Assembly: GCA_951406725.2 (NCBI GenBank) | Contig: OX597833.1 | Coordinates: forward strand, 31,186,001-31,250,000 | DNA from: Octopus vulgaris | Lineage: Eukaryota | Direction of reading: 5' to 3' | Length of the DNA: 64,000 bases | Shown: piece by piece, positions 14,537-26,265 of the stretch | Layout of the letters: each line of letters begins with the position of its first letter | How positions within the stretch are numbered: position 1 is the first letter of the stretch | The notes under the pieces: generated by a model | Databases searched by the model: none | What the model was told of the DNA's origin: nothing | What the model saw: the letters and a program-made list of their open reading frames with translations, nothing else | Program-made: the position numbers and the translations under genes

Positions 14537-14967
14537 CACGCACGCACATACCTACATATACATACACATATATACTTACACCAGTCATATACATACCTAC
14601 ATACACATGCATCCATATATCTATACATATACATACACATATATATACACATGCACATACTAATACACATACGCATATCTACGCACATACACGCACACAC
14701 ATCTATCTACCTATATAAAAAAAAGAAACCCAACAAGTCCATACATATACACGCATACACATACATACATACATATACACATATATACCCATACATATAT
14801 ACACACATATATACACACACACATATATACACACATGTATATATATATATATATACACATACATATACATACACACACATCTACATACACATACATATAC
14901 ATCCGTACGCACACCCATATACATACATCCACACAGGTATACAGGCATATCCACACATATATATACA

Positions 14968-15016
<49 letters not shown>

Positions 15017-15142
15017 GAACGCACACAAATACACATATATACACATATATACACCAATGCACATACGCATACATAAATGTATGCGTATGTGCATTGGTGT
15101 ATATATGTGTATTTGTGTGGGTTCGTGTGTATATATATATAT

Positions 15143-15200
15143 GTCCAACCCGTGCTAGCGCGGAAAACGGACGTTAAACGATGATGATGATGATGATGAT
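15143..15200 (+). mobile_element. Tiny RTE 3'-tail insertion in arm D' only
   Basis: GTCCAACCCGTGCTAGCGCGGAAAACGGACGTTAAACGA(TGA)n is absent from the matching TA tract in arm D (~14970-15010). Confidence 0.85.
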
Positions 15201-16440
15201 ATATATATATATAGGTGTATATATATGTGTGGATATGCCTGTATACCTCTGTGTGGATGTATGTATGTATATGGGTGTGCGTACGGATGTATATATATAT
15301 ACATGTGTGTATATATGTGTGTGTGTGTATGTGCGTAGATATGCGTATGTGTATTAGTATGTGCATGTGTATATATATGTGTATGTATATGTATAGATAT
15401 ATGGATGTATGTGTATGTAGGTATGTATATGTCTGGTGTAAGTATATATGTGTATGTATATGTAGGTATGTGCATGCATGTATGTGTGTATATATATATA
15501 TATGTATGTATATATATGTATATGTATATATATGTGTATATATATATTTGTGTATATATATGGACTAGTCTTCTCTGTGTGTGTAGATGTATGTATGTGT
15601 ATGCGTGTAGATATGAATTTGTAGGTATGTGTACGTATGTGTATATACGTGCATGTATGTATATGTATGTGTGTAGGTAGATATATGTAGGTATGCTTTT
15701 ATGTACACGTGTATGCGTGCATGTGTGCTAATATGTACTTACAGGTGTATGGATGCGTATGTATGTTTATATGCACAAATGTCTGTATATAGGCATATGT
15801 GTCTATATATGCGGGCAGATGTTAATGTGTGTTTATGTGTACTGAAGTACATTTATATATGTGGTTTTGTGTGTACATAGTTATGTGTACGTTTATGTGA
15901 AAGTCGGTACACTTATGTATGTATGAATATAACACGTGCGTTTGTGTATGTGTATGAGTGTGCGTGTGAGTGTGTGTGCGTGTGTGAGTGTTTGTGTTCG
16001 TATCAGTGGGAAGAAAGATAGAAAGGAAGGGAGAGGGGCAATAAATGGTTTCTTTAGGCCAGCTAGGCTAGCTCCCTAGGGAGGACCTTACTTCAGTGCT
16101 GGCCTGGTTGGTCGAGGTCAAAATTAAAATTAAAATTAAAATTAAAAATAAAAATAAAATTAAAATAAGGGAAGAAATGTGTGTGTATGTATATGCATAT
16201 GTATGTGTATGTATATATGTATGTATATATATATATATATATATATATAAGTGTGTGTATGTATGTGTGTATATATATATATAGATATGTGAGCATGTGT
16301 GTATGGGGGTGTATATCCTCTTTTATATTTATTTTTATATATATGTGTGTATGTATGAGCATGGGTATGGGTGTGTACATAGATGTATGTAAATGGGTGC
16401 ATATGTACATGTGTATATGGATGTATGTGAGTATGTGTAT

Positions 16441-16538
<98 letters not shown>

Positions 16539-16754
16539 ATGTATACATGTATATATATATGTATAAGTGAGAGTCTCCTTATTTACCTAAAACTCTATTA
16601 TTCTATTTATTCTTTTATCTACTTTATCACTGATTACTTTGACCACTCCCCTAAGAATGATAGTTTGCGCCATGCCTACCCCAAAAAGTTCCCCACCACC
16701 ACCCCTTTAAACCTGCCTAAATGTATAAATGCCAAAACTATTCTTGTCACCTAA

Positions 16755-16801
16755 CTTCCTGATGATTTCTTTTGAATGAAACAGTTCTAGTCCTGTAGAA
16801 G
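16755..16801 (+). ncRNA. Type I hammerhead ribozyme motif (family X, canonical core)
   Basis: cttc-CTGATGA-tttcttttgaat-GAAA-cag-ttctagtc-ctg-TA-gaag. Confidence 0.78.
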
Positions 16802-17524
16802 CTCCTTCTTTAAAATAAATTAATTTACTCTGCTATGTATTGAGTACCTTATTTACTGTGGTTAACCCCGACTCAACCCGGGACCTACATATATATGTAT
16901 ATATATATATATATATATTTTTTTCTTTTTCTTTTTCGATTCAATTTATTATTATTATTACTAGTATTGTTGTTATACATACATACATACATACATACAT
17001 ACAAGCATATGTAATGATAATAATAGGTGGATGTTAACACATGAACAAAATAAGAATAAACAAAAACAACAAAAACAAAAATCAAAAAACAACACAAATT
17101 ACATGAACATATAAAATTACAAATTACATGAACATATATAAACAGAAGATACAAATATTACAGGCATCCCCCACATACACACACTAAATAAACATAAACG
17201 CACATAGAGATATAAGCATGCGCAAATGAAGACATACAATAGAAATACAAAATGGCTGACGGTTAGTAAGGAGAGACACAAATAAGAAAGAAGAAAACAA
17301 AGGACCACTGATGCGGTCACAGGAGTGTGATGAAAGAACTCTGGCCGAAATAAGATTAAGATTAATGTAAAAAATAAATAACACTGAAGCAAAGTAACAC
17401 CAAATATATAGTGCGTGTGTTTTTATTGGCTAAACTGGCAAAATGACCATTCCGAAATATAACAATATCTGTTTCAACACACGACTTCACATAAAAAATC
17501 TTGCACAACAAATATTTAAACGTA

Positions 17525-17583
<59 letters not shown>

Positions 17584-17846
17584 ATATTTATGTATCTATA
17601 TCTATATATATATATCTATGTATTAAAGGTAGAAAATGCTAAAATAATTTTATCATAAAGACCATTCTAGTACCAGTTTCAGTCATTGAGACTTTTTCAG
17701 TTCCAAGTATGGAAAACAATTAAATTTTGGAATAATTAAATGAAAAGTATTTTAAAAGAATATTTGCCTAGCATTCAAGTATAAGGGGCATTTTCCTTGT
17801 TTCTGCCTATCTTTTTCTCTCTTGTTTACCCTTGTACGTTCAAGGT

Positions 17847-17934
<88 letters not shown>

Positions 17935-17935
17935 T

Positions 17936-19486
17936 GACGGATTGCCCCTGGGAGCTTCTCTATGCTGATGACCTGGCCCTCATAGCAGAATCACTACCAG
18001 AATTGAAACGAAATTTCGGGTGTGGAAGCAAGGTTTAGAATCAAAGGGCCTTATAGTAAATGTAGCAAAGATCAAAGTTATAGTAAGCAGAAAGGTGAAC
18101 TCCTTACACATACCCTCAGGCAGGTGGCCCTGCTCGATCTGTAGGAAAGGTGTAGGTAGAAACCCTATTAGATGTACCCAGTGTAAGCTATGGACATATA
18201 AGAGGTGCAGTAATATCAAAGGAAGGCTAACTGGGAAGATAGCTTTTGTATGTGGCAGATGCTCGGGTGCAATAAACACCACAGATACTCAGAAAACAGA
18301 TTCCATCACACTCCAGGGGAAGAAACTAAAAGTAGTTGATAGTTTCCACTACCTAGGTGACCAAGTTAGTAGTGGAGGTGGATGCTCAGAGAGTGTCACC
18401 ACTAGAATACGAATAGCCTGGGCAAAGTTTAGAAAGCTCCTACCCCTACTGGTGACAAAGGGTCTCTCGCTCAGAGTGAAAGGTAGATTGTATAATGCAT
18501 GTGTGTGAACTGCCATGCTTCATGGTAGTGAAACATGGGCTGTGACTGCAGAGGACATGCGAAGACTTGAAAGAAATGAAGCTAGCATGATCCGCTGGAT
18601 GTGTAATGTCAGTGTGCACACACGACAGTGTGTAAGCTCCCTGAGAGAAATGCTGGACATAAGAAGCATCAGATGTGGTGTGCAAGAGAGACGTTTGGAC
18701 TGGTATGGTCATGTACTGCGGATGGATGAGGAGAGATGTGTGAAGAAGTAACACTTCCAAACAGTTGAAGGTATAAGGGGGAGACCTTCGAATGTTGGGC
18801 CTCACAGAGGCAATGATGAAAGACCGAGATCTCTGGAGATATGCTGTGACTGCAAAGACCCGGGCTGCTTCCTGCACCAGTTTCGCATAGTCCCAGCCCA
18901 ACCAAAGTACCTTAGATTGCAGAACGACCTGCTGTGCTTGAGGGGACCTATTGAGTCAAGTACATCAATATCAAAATAAATATCAAATGGAATTTGTAGT
19001 TATGATACCTGTGCTAGCGGCATGTAAAGAGCACCATCGGAACATGGCCAATGCCAGCACTGCCTTGGCTGTCTTCTGTGCCGGTGGCACATGACCTGCT
19101 GTGCATGAGGAGACCTATTGAGTCAAGTACATCAACATCAACATCAAAATAAATATCAAATGGAAATTGTAGTTGGGATACCTGTGCCGGTGGCACGTCA
19201 AACGTGGTCAATGCCAGCGCCGCCTTGACTGTCTTCTGTGCCGGTGACATGTAAAAAGCACCAACCAATCATGGCCCTGCCAGCCTCCCCTGACACCTGT
19301 GTCGGTGGCACGTAAAAAGCACCCACTACACTCACGGAGTGGTTGGCGTTAGGAAGGACATCCAGCTGTAGAAATACTGCCAGATCAAACTGGAGCCTGG
19401 TGCAGCCTCCTGGCTTCCCAGACTCTGGTCGAACCGTCAAACCCGTGCTAGCACGGAAAATGGGTGTAAAACGTTGATAATGATGT
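17936..19486 (+). mobile_element. RTE LINE, 5'-truncated and decayed, with 3' UTR
   Basis: [10 protein letters not shown], Cys/His finger, HGSETW, WYGHV, and the conserved GGCGTTAGGAAGG..CATCCAGCTGTAGAAA 3' end. Confidence 0.92.
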
Positions 19487-19535
19487 ATGCATATATATGT
19501 ATATTTAAGTATGTACATATATAGATATGTATGTG

Positions 19536-19576
<41 letters not shown>

Positions 19577-19609
19577 ATATATATATATGTGTGTGTGTGT
19601 ATATATATG

Positions 19610-19650
<41 letters not shown>

Positions 19651-19654
<4 letters not shown>

Positions 19655-19847
19655 CGCCATGTTGATTCGCTAGCTTCTGCACGCATTTTTTTTCTCTCCT
19701 TGTTTCTTTTCTGTGTATCTTTCTGTTGAAGGCTCGAAACGTAAAAGACTTGTTTTATTTATATTCCTGAGCGCCATACTAATACAATTGTTTGTTTGTA
19801 TTCCACCTGCCTTCGTCTTTTGTTTATTTTCATAAAGCTTCCTGTTA
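19651..19847 (+). mobile_element. PLE pseudo-LTR-like fragment with partial hammerhead
   Basis: TGAAG-GCTC-GAAACGTA remnant. Similar to the reverse complement of 55705-55860, next to the Neptune-like ORF. Flanked by (TA)n. Confidence 0.5.
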
Positions 19848-19866
19848 TATATATATATGATGATGA

Positions 19867-19910
<44 letters not shown>

Positions 19911-19939
19911 GTGTGTGTGTGTGTATATATATATATATG

Positions 19940-20002
<63 letters not shown>

Positions 20003-20039
20003 ATATATGTGTGTGTGTGTATTTATAGATATAGATATG

Positions 20040-20076
<37 letters not shown>

Positions 20077-20425
20077 GTATGTACATATATATATATGTGT
20101 GTGTACGTATATATATATGTACGTATGTATATGTATAAACATATATATGTATGTATATATGTATCTATGTATGTATAGAGGTTATGAGAGGTAATGGTGT
20201 CAATAAGACCCAAAGGTGTCCGGTAATGCTGAGTAAGTGCTATTGACAGACGATAGTTAAGCTCTAGGATCAGTGATTATGCGAATAAGGTGTCCAATGT
20301 AGGTCATATATCAGCATGTGTGTATTTAAAAACATTTTTTTTGCAGAATGAGATAAAAATCCAAGTCTGTGAAGATATTAAGTTAAATATATAAATTAAC
20401 TATTTCTTAACCATTTTCTCACACC

Positions 20426-20473
20426 GTCTCTGATGAAGGGATATAAAACGTATCCTGGAAACAGCTGTAAGAC
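20426..20473 (+). ncRNA. Type I hammerhead ribozyme motif (family Y, canonical core)
   Basis: gtct-CTGATGA-agggatataaaacgtatcctg-GAAA-cagctg-TA-agac, with palindromic stem III. Confidence 0.8.
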
Positions 20474-20564
20474 TTATTATAAATGTTCTAGCTTTACAGC
20501 CTTGGATTTTTATTTCATTCTGAAAAAGAAATTTTATATTTATGTATGTGTGTGTATATATATA

Positions 20565-23175
20565 TGAATTCCAACAGGACAGCTTGCTGAGTGCCACAGA
20601 CCAAGTCTGTGGATGGTACAAAGTCCATTCCAGACCTAGAGTTACGTGGTGGTGGAATAGTGCAGTAGACAAAGCCATTAGTGCAAAGAAACAGGCCTGG
20701 AAATCCTGGAGGGTTGAGGGTAGCAGGAAACTGTACCAGGTAGCCAAAAGGGAGGCTGGGCAGCAGGTATACATAGCCAAAGATGTAGCAGAAAAGAAGA
20801 AGTTTGCCAATGTCCAGCGATGTGAGGACCAAAGAACTGAGGTATTTCAGATTGCCAGACAGTGTGTGAGAGAAAATAGTGATGTTACAGGAGAGAAATG
20901 TGTCCGCATGGATGATGGTGAAAAGAAAGAGGCTTGGAGAAGCCATTATGAAAGACTGCTGAATGTGGAGAATGAATGGGAGGAGGAGAGCCTGCCAAAT
21001 GTTGACCCAGTAGAGGGACCAGCTATCCGAATAGACAGCTCCCATGTAGTTAAGGCAATTAAGGGTATGAAACTAGGTAAAGCCCCCGGCCCATCAGGAA
21101 TCACTGCTGAGATGCTAGTCACCCGCATTGTAAACCAGGTGTTTCATAATGGAGTCATACCCAATGACTGGCGTAGCAGCACCATAGTCAACCGCTACAA
21201 GGGTAAGGGTGATGCTCTAGATAGAAATAACTACAGGGGTATTAAACTGTTAGATCAGGTGATGAAGGTCACAGAGAGGGCCATAACCCATCTCATTAGG
21301 GAGAGAATTTGCTTAGATGAGATGCAGTTTGGTTTTGTCTCAGGTAGAAGCACAACTGATGCTATATTCCTGGTCCGACAACTGCAGGAGAAGTACCTAG
21401 CTAAAGATAAACTCCTCTACATAGCTTTTGTGGACTTGGAGAAAGCCTATGACAGGGTCACCCGATCCCTTATCTGGTGGTCGATGCGGAAACTGGAAAT
21501 TGACGAATGGCTAATAAGGGCTGTACAGGCCCTATACAGAGAGGCTGTCAGCAAGGTTAGGATTGGCAACAAAGATAGTGAAGAATTCCGGGTAGGAGTA
21601 GGTGTACACCAAGGCTCACCCCTCAGTCCCCTTTTATTCATCATAGTCTTCCAGGCAATAACAGAGGAATTCAAAACAGGTTGCCCCTGGGAGCTTCTCT
21701 ATGCTGATGACCTGGCCCTCATAGCAGAATCACTACCGGAACTAGAAAAGAAATTTCGGGCGTGGAAGCAAGGTTTAGAATCAAAGGGGCTTAGAGTAAA
21801 TGTAGCAAAGACCAAAGTTATAGTAAGCAGAAAGGCGAACTCGGCACAGTCCCCCTTGGGCAGGTGGCCCTGCTCGATCTGTAGGAAAGGTGTAGGTAGA
21901 AATTCCATAAGATGTACCCAGTGTAAGCTATGGACGCATAAGAGGTGCAGCAACATCAAAGGGAAATTAACTGATAAGATAGCTTTCATGTGCAGCAGAT
22001 GCACAGGGACAATAGACACCACAGATACTCAGAAAACAGATTCCATCACACTCCAGGGGGAGAAACTAGAAGTAGTTGATAGTTTCCACTATCTAGGTGA
22101 CCAAGTTAGTAGTGGAGGTGGATGCTCAGAGAGTGTCACCACTAGAATACGAATAGCCTGGGCAAAGTTTAGAAAGCTCCTATCCCTACTGGTGACAAAG
22201 GGTCTCTCACTCAGAGTGAAAGGTAGATTGTATAATGCATGTGTGTGAACTGCCATGCTTCATGGTAGTGAAACATGGGCTGTGACTGCAGAGGACATGC
22301 GTAGATTTGAAAGGAATGAAGCTAGCATGATCCGTTGGATGTGTAATGTCAGTGTGCGGCACGATAGAGGGTAAGCACCCTGAGAGAAATGCTGCACATA
22401 AGAAGCATGAGATGTGGTGTGCAAGAGCGATGCTTGTGATGGTATGGTCATGTACTGCGGATGGATGAGGAGAGATGTGTGAAGAAGTGCCACTCCCAAA
22501 CAGTTGAAGGTATCAGGGGGAGAGGTAGACCCAGGAAGACATGGGATGAGGAAGTCAAGCATGACCTCAGAGCGTTGGGCCTCACTGAGGCAATGGCGAA
22601 GGACCGAGATCTCTGGAGATATGCTGTGACTGCAAAGACCCGGGCTGCTTCCTGCACCAGTTCCGCATAGCCCCTGCCCATTCAAAGTACCTTGGATTCC
22701 AGAACATCCCGCTGTGCTTGAGGAGACCTGTTGAGTCAAGTACATGAACATCGAAATAAATATCAATGGAAATAGTAGTTGTGATACCTGTGCCGGTGAC
22801 ACATAAAAAGCACCATCTGAATGTGGCCGTTGCCAGCGCTGCCTCAATTGGCTTCTGTGCCGGTGGCACATAAAAAGCACCATCCAAATGGGGCCGATGT
22901 CAGCGCCGCCTTGGCTGGCTTCCGTGCCAGTGGCACGTTAAAAGCTCCAACCGATCATGGCCAATGCCAGACTCCCCTGGCACCTGTGCAGGTGGCACGT
23001 AAAAAGCACCCACTACACTCACGGAGTGGTTGGCGTTAGGAAGGGCATCCAGCTGTAGAAACACTGCCAGATCAGACTGGAGCCTGGTGCAGCCCCTGGC
23101 TTCCCAGACCCCAGTCGAACCGTCCAACCCGTGCTGGCGCGGGAAACGGACGTTGAACGATGATGATGATGATGA

Positions 23176-23178
<3 letters not shown>
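20565..23178 (+). mobile_element. RTE LINE: RT domain and 3' UTR with (GAT)n tail
   Basis: ORF 20542-22248 has KAPGPSGI, NYRGIKLL, QFGF, FVDLEKAYD, GVHQGSPLSPLLF and YADD. Premature stop at 22248. Confidence 0.95.
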
Positions 23179-23214
<36 letters not shown>

Positions 23215-23223
<9 letters not shown>

Positions 23224-23870
23224 TAAATTAGAGATAAAACCATTATTAGGCAAATCAAACAGTGAAAGACATAAACCAAAACATAAAAATAAATATAATT
23301 AATATAATATACAAAATAAATAAAATATAAAATTTAAAATTTAAATTATTGTAATTTATATTTATAAATTTTTATATTTTTATATTTTTTAAATTTTAAA
23401 TTTATAAATTTTTAAAATTTTAATTTTTTAATTTTTTATTAATTAATTTATTAATATTTTTTAAACTATCAAAAAGTATTTAAAAGTTTATTATAATAAG
23501 TATATTATTATATTATATTAAACTTTTTAATACTTTTTGATAATTAAAAAAATTAATTAATTAATAAAAAATTAAAAAATTAAAAGTTTAAAAATTTATA
23601 AATTTAAAATTTAAAAAATATAAAAATATAAAAACTTATAAATATAAATTTAAGATTTTAAATTTAAATAATTTAAAATTTTAAATTGTGTATTTTATTT
23701 ATTTTGTATATTATATTATATTTTTTTAATGTTTTGGTTTATGTCTTTCACTGATTTGCCTAATAGTGGTTTTATCTCTAACTTAATTTATATTTATACT
23801 GTGAAATTTGATTTAATCCCAAATCTAATTTTTCCCTGTAAGTTTGGATATACTCCCTAATATTATTATA
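23215..23870. repeat. AT-rich palindrome E/E' (23215-23793, centre ~23503) with one-sided tail to ~23870
   Basis: Arms pair from AATTAAATTAGAGATAAAACC to GGTTTTATCTCTAACTTAATT. The tail resembles the reverse of 28755-28830. Confidence 0.88.
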
Positions 23871-24307
23871 ATATATATAGATATATATATATGTATATAT
23901 ATATATGTATATGTATATATAGAGATATATATATAGATATATATGTATATATATAAATGTATATATAGATATATATGTATATATATAAATGTATATATAG
24001 ATATATATGTATATGTATAGATATATATATAGATATATATGTATATGTATAGATATATAAATAGATATATATGTATATGTATATATATATATGTATATAG
24101 ATATATATGTATGTATATGTATATAAATACGTGTATATATATATCATGTATGTATATATATTTCATCGATCTTGATGTTTTGTCGTCCCTTTTTGTATCA
24201 CCTAGTTGTTCTGATGTTTTGCGTTCTTGTCCCATTTTGTATTTTATATTATATATAACTAGCAGCATATGTACACTTTGTTCTCTTAAATGCATATGTA
24301 TGTACAT

Positions 24308-24344
<37 letters not shown>

Positions 24345-24346
<2 letters not shown>

Positions 24347-24734
24347 CAACAATTGAGGGTAAAATTAATTAATTAATCAATTTCACCAAGTATTCAGTAT
24401 GCAAAGGGACCATTTAAGGCGAATTCAAATTATTACATTATATAAAAGGGCTTAGTAAAATAAATTACTTTGCCACATACTGAACTCATTAGAAATAGCA
24501 GCTAAAAAAAAACTTTTTAAAAAACTATTTCCAATACTTAAAGAAAATCTCTCTCATATAGTGTTTGCTCAATTCAACTCGTGAGTTGAATTGAGCAAAC
24601 ACTATATGAGAGAGATTTTCTTTAAGTATTGGAAATAGTTTTTTAAAAAGTTTTTTTAGCTGCTATTTCTAATGAGTTCAGTATGCGGCAAAGTAATTTA
24701 TTTTACTAAGCCCTTTTATATAATGTAATAATTT
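24345..24734. repeat. Near-perfect palindrome F/F' (24427-24734) with one-sided tail 24345-24426
   Basis: Centre CAATTCAACTC-GT-GAGTTGAATTG. Confidence 0.92.
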
Positions 24735-24973
24735 TATATATATATATATATATCTTTATATATAAAAGTGAAGTTGTGTGTCTGTCTGCTACGATTTAGA
24801 TTCCTAACTACTCCCACATTTTGCAGTGCAGTTTAACCAAAACTGGGTATCTTATAGTCGTGATTCATATTGAGCCTTTCTGGGTATTAGCGCACATCTA
24901 CGATTTTAAAAATAATTTACCATCATTTTTTTCCATTTTAATGCATTTTTTTGACTATTATATAAGGAAAGTA

Positions 24974-26265
24974 CAAGGGACGTTCAATAAGTAATGCCTC
25001 TGACCCACTTCCAGGTGTTTGATCTAGTTGAAATTTTGCATGTGCAATTACTTATATCTCTATAGATTAGGTGGCAAATTACAGCTCTGAACTAATTATG
25101 GTTTCTGCTCTACAAGTGTTTGAACTGAGTCAAGTGTGAAATGGAGCCAGTTGAGTGTCGAGCAGTGATCCGGTTTTTGTATTTGAAAGGACGCACACCA
25201 CGGGAGACTTTTGATGAAATGAAAGTAACTCATGGTGATGATGCCCCATCATATGACCTTGTAAAACGCTGGCATCGTGAATTCAAACATGGTCGGAACT
25301 CTGTGGAAACAGCTCCCAGATCTGGTCGCCCCACTTCTGCTATTGATGAGGCATCTGTCCGTCAAGTTGAGGCTGCCATTTTGGAAGATCGATGCATAAC
25401 TATTCGCCAAATAGCCCATGAGGTCAAGATTAGTACCGGGTCAGTGGAAACTATCATTCATGACCATTTGCACATGCAAAAGTTGTCTGCCAGATGGATT
25501 CCCAGGCTGCTCACACTTTTCCAGAAGCAAGAACGCATCGAATGCTCAGGGATGAATTTGGAGACGTACCAAGAAGATGAGTCAAACTTTTTCAAAAGAC
25601 TGATTACACAGGATGAAACCTGGGTCCATCACTATGATCCAGAGACCAAAGCCCAGTCAATGCAGTGGAAGCACTGTGACTCACCTCCTCCAAAGAAGAC
25701 AAGGGTGCAGCCCTCTGCTGGCAAGGTCATGCTCACAGTCTTCTGGGACCAGGACGGAGTAGTGATGACAGATTTCCTGGCAAAGGGTACCACAATTACA
25801 GGAGCCTATTATGCTTCACTTTTGAGGAAATTAAGAGAAGCTATCAAAATCAAGAGGCGGGGCAAGATCAGCGAAGGCATCCTCCTCCTGCAAGACAACG
25901 CTCCGGTCCACAACTCGCGTGTCGCCAGATCAGAAGCACAGGCGTGCGGCTATGAACTCCTCCCCCATCCCCCTACTCTCCTGACCTTGCACCCTCTGAT
26001 TTTCACCTCTTCCCAGCCATGAAGTTGTTTTTGAAAGGAAAGCATTTCCCAGATGATGCGGCTTTGATTTCTAAAGTCACGTCGTGGATGGAGGACCAAG
26101 CTGGGGTCTTTTACAAAAACGGTCTCCAGAGCTGGATCAAACAATGGGAGAAATGCCTAACTCTGAGTGGTTCCTATGTAGAAAAAGACCAATAACTGTG
26201 CCACGTTCCATTGCTCTACTGGTATGGGAAGTGGGTCAGGGGCATTACTTATTGAACGCCCCTCG
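24974..26265 (+). mobile_element. Full-length mariner DNA transposon (1292 bp)
   Basis: ~39-bp imperfect TIRs (CAAGGGACGTTCAATAAGTAATGCC.. / ..GGCATTACTTATTGAACGCCCCTCG) and TA TSDs at 24972 and 26266. Confidence 0.95.
25141..26195 (+). pseudogene. Mariner DD34D transposase with a single frameshift at ~25970
   Basis: WIPRLL, QDETW and QDNAPVH in frame. YSPDLAPSDF..YVEKDQ* continues in the shifted frame after a C run. Confidence 0.93.

Larger units (their letters stand above)
13375..16890. mobile_element. Fold-back element family X, copy 2: palindrome D (13375-15074) / D' (15077-16815) plus tail to ~16890
   Basis: Centre CATACGCATACAT-AA-ATGTATGCGTATG. Same hammerhead-bearing end and CCGGGACCTACA tail as copy 1. 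Confidence 0.85.
6391..17525. repeat. Outer inverted-repeat pair A (6391-6915) / A' (16925-17468, plus tail to ~17525)
   Basis: Near-identical reverse-complement arms. The ORF track shows the same MLQCYLFF.. translation on + at 6465 and on - at 17392. Confidence 0.93.

Noticed and set aside
6077-16754. Numerous long Y/I/H/T/C/V/M-rich ORFs (also at 46965-48079 and 51467-52730)
   Set aside because: They are stop-free translations of TA/CA/TG microsatellites, not genes.
17665-17710. Minus-strand CTGAAAA-agtc..gact-GAAA-ctgg-TA
   Set aside because: The core is mutated and stem I does not pair; at most a dead hammerhead.
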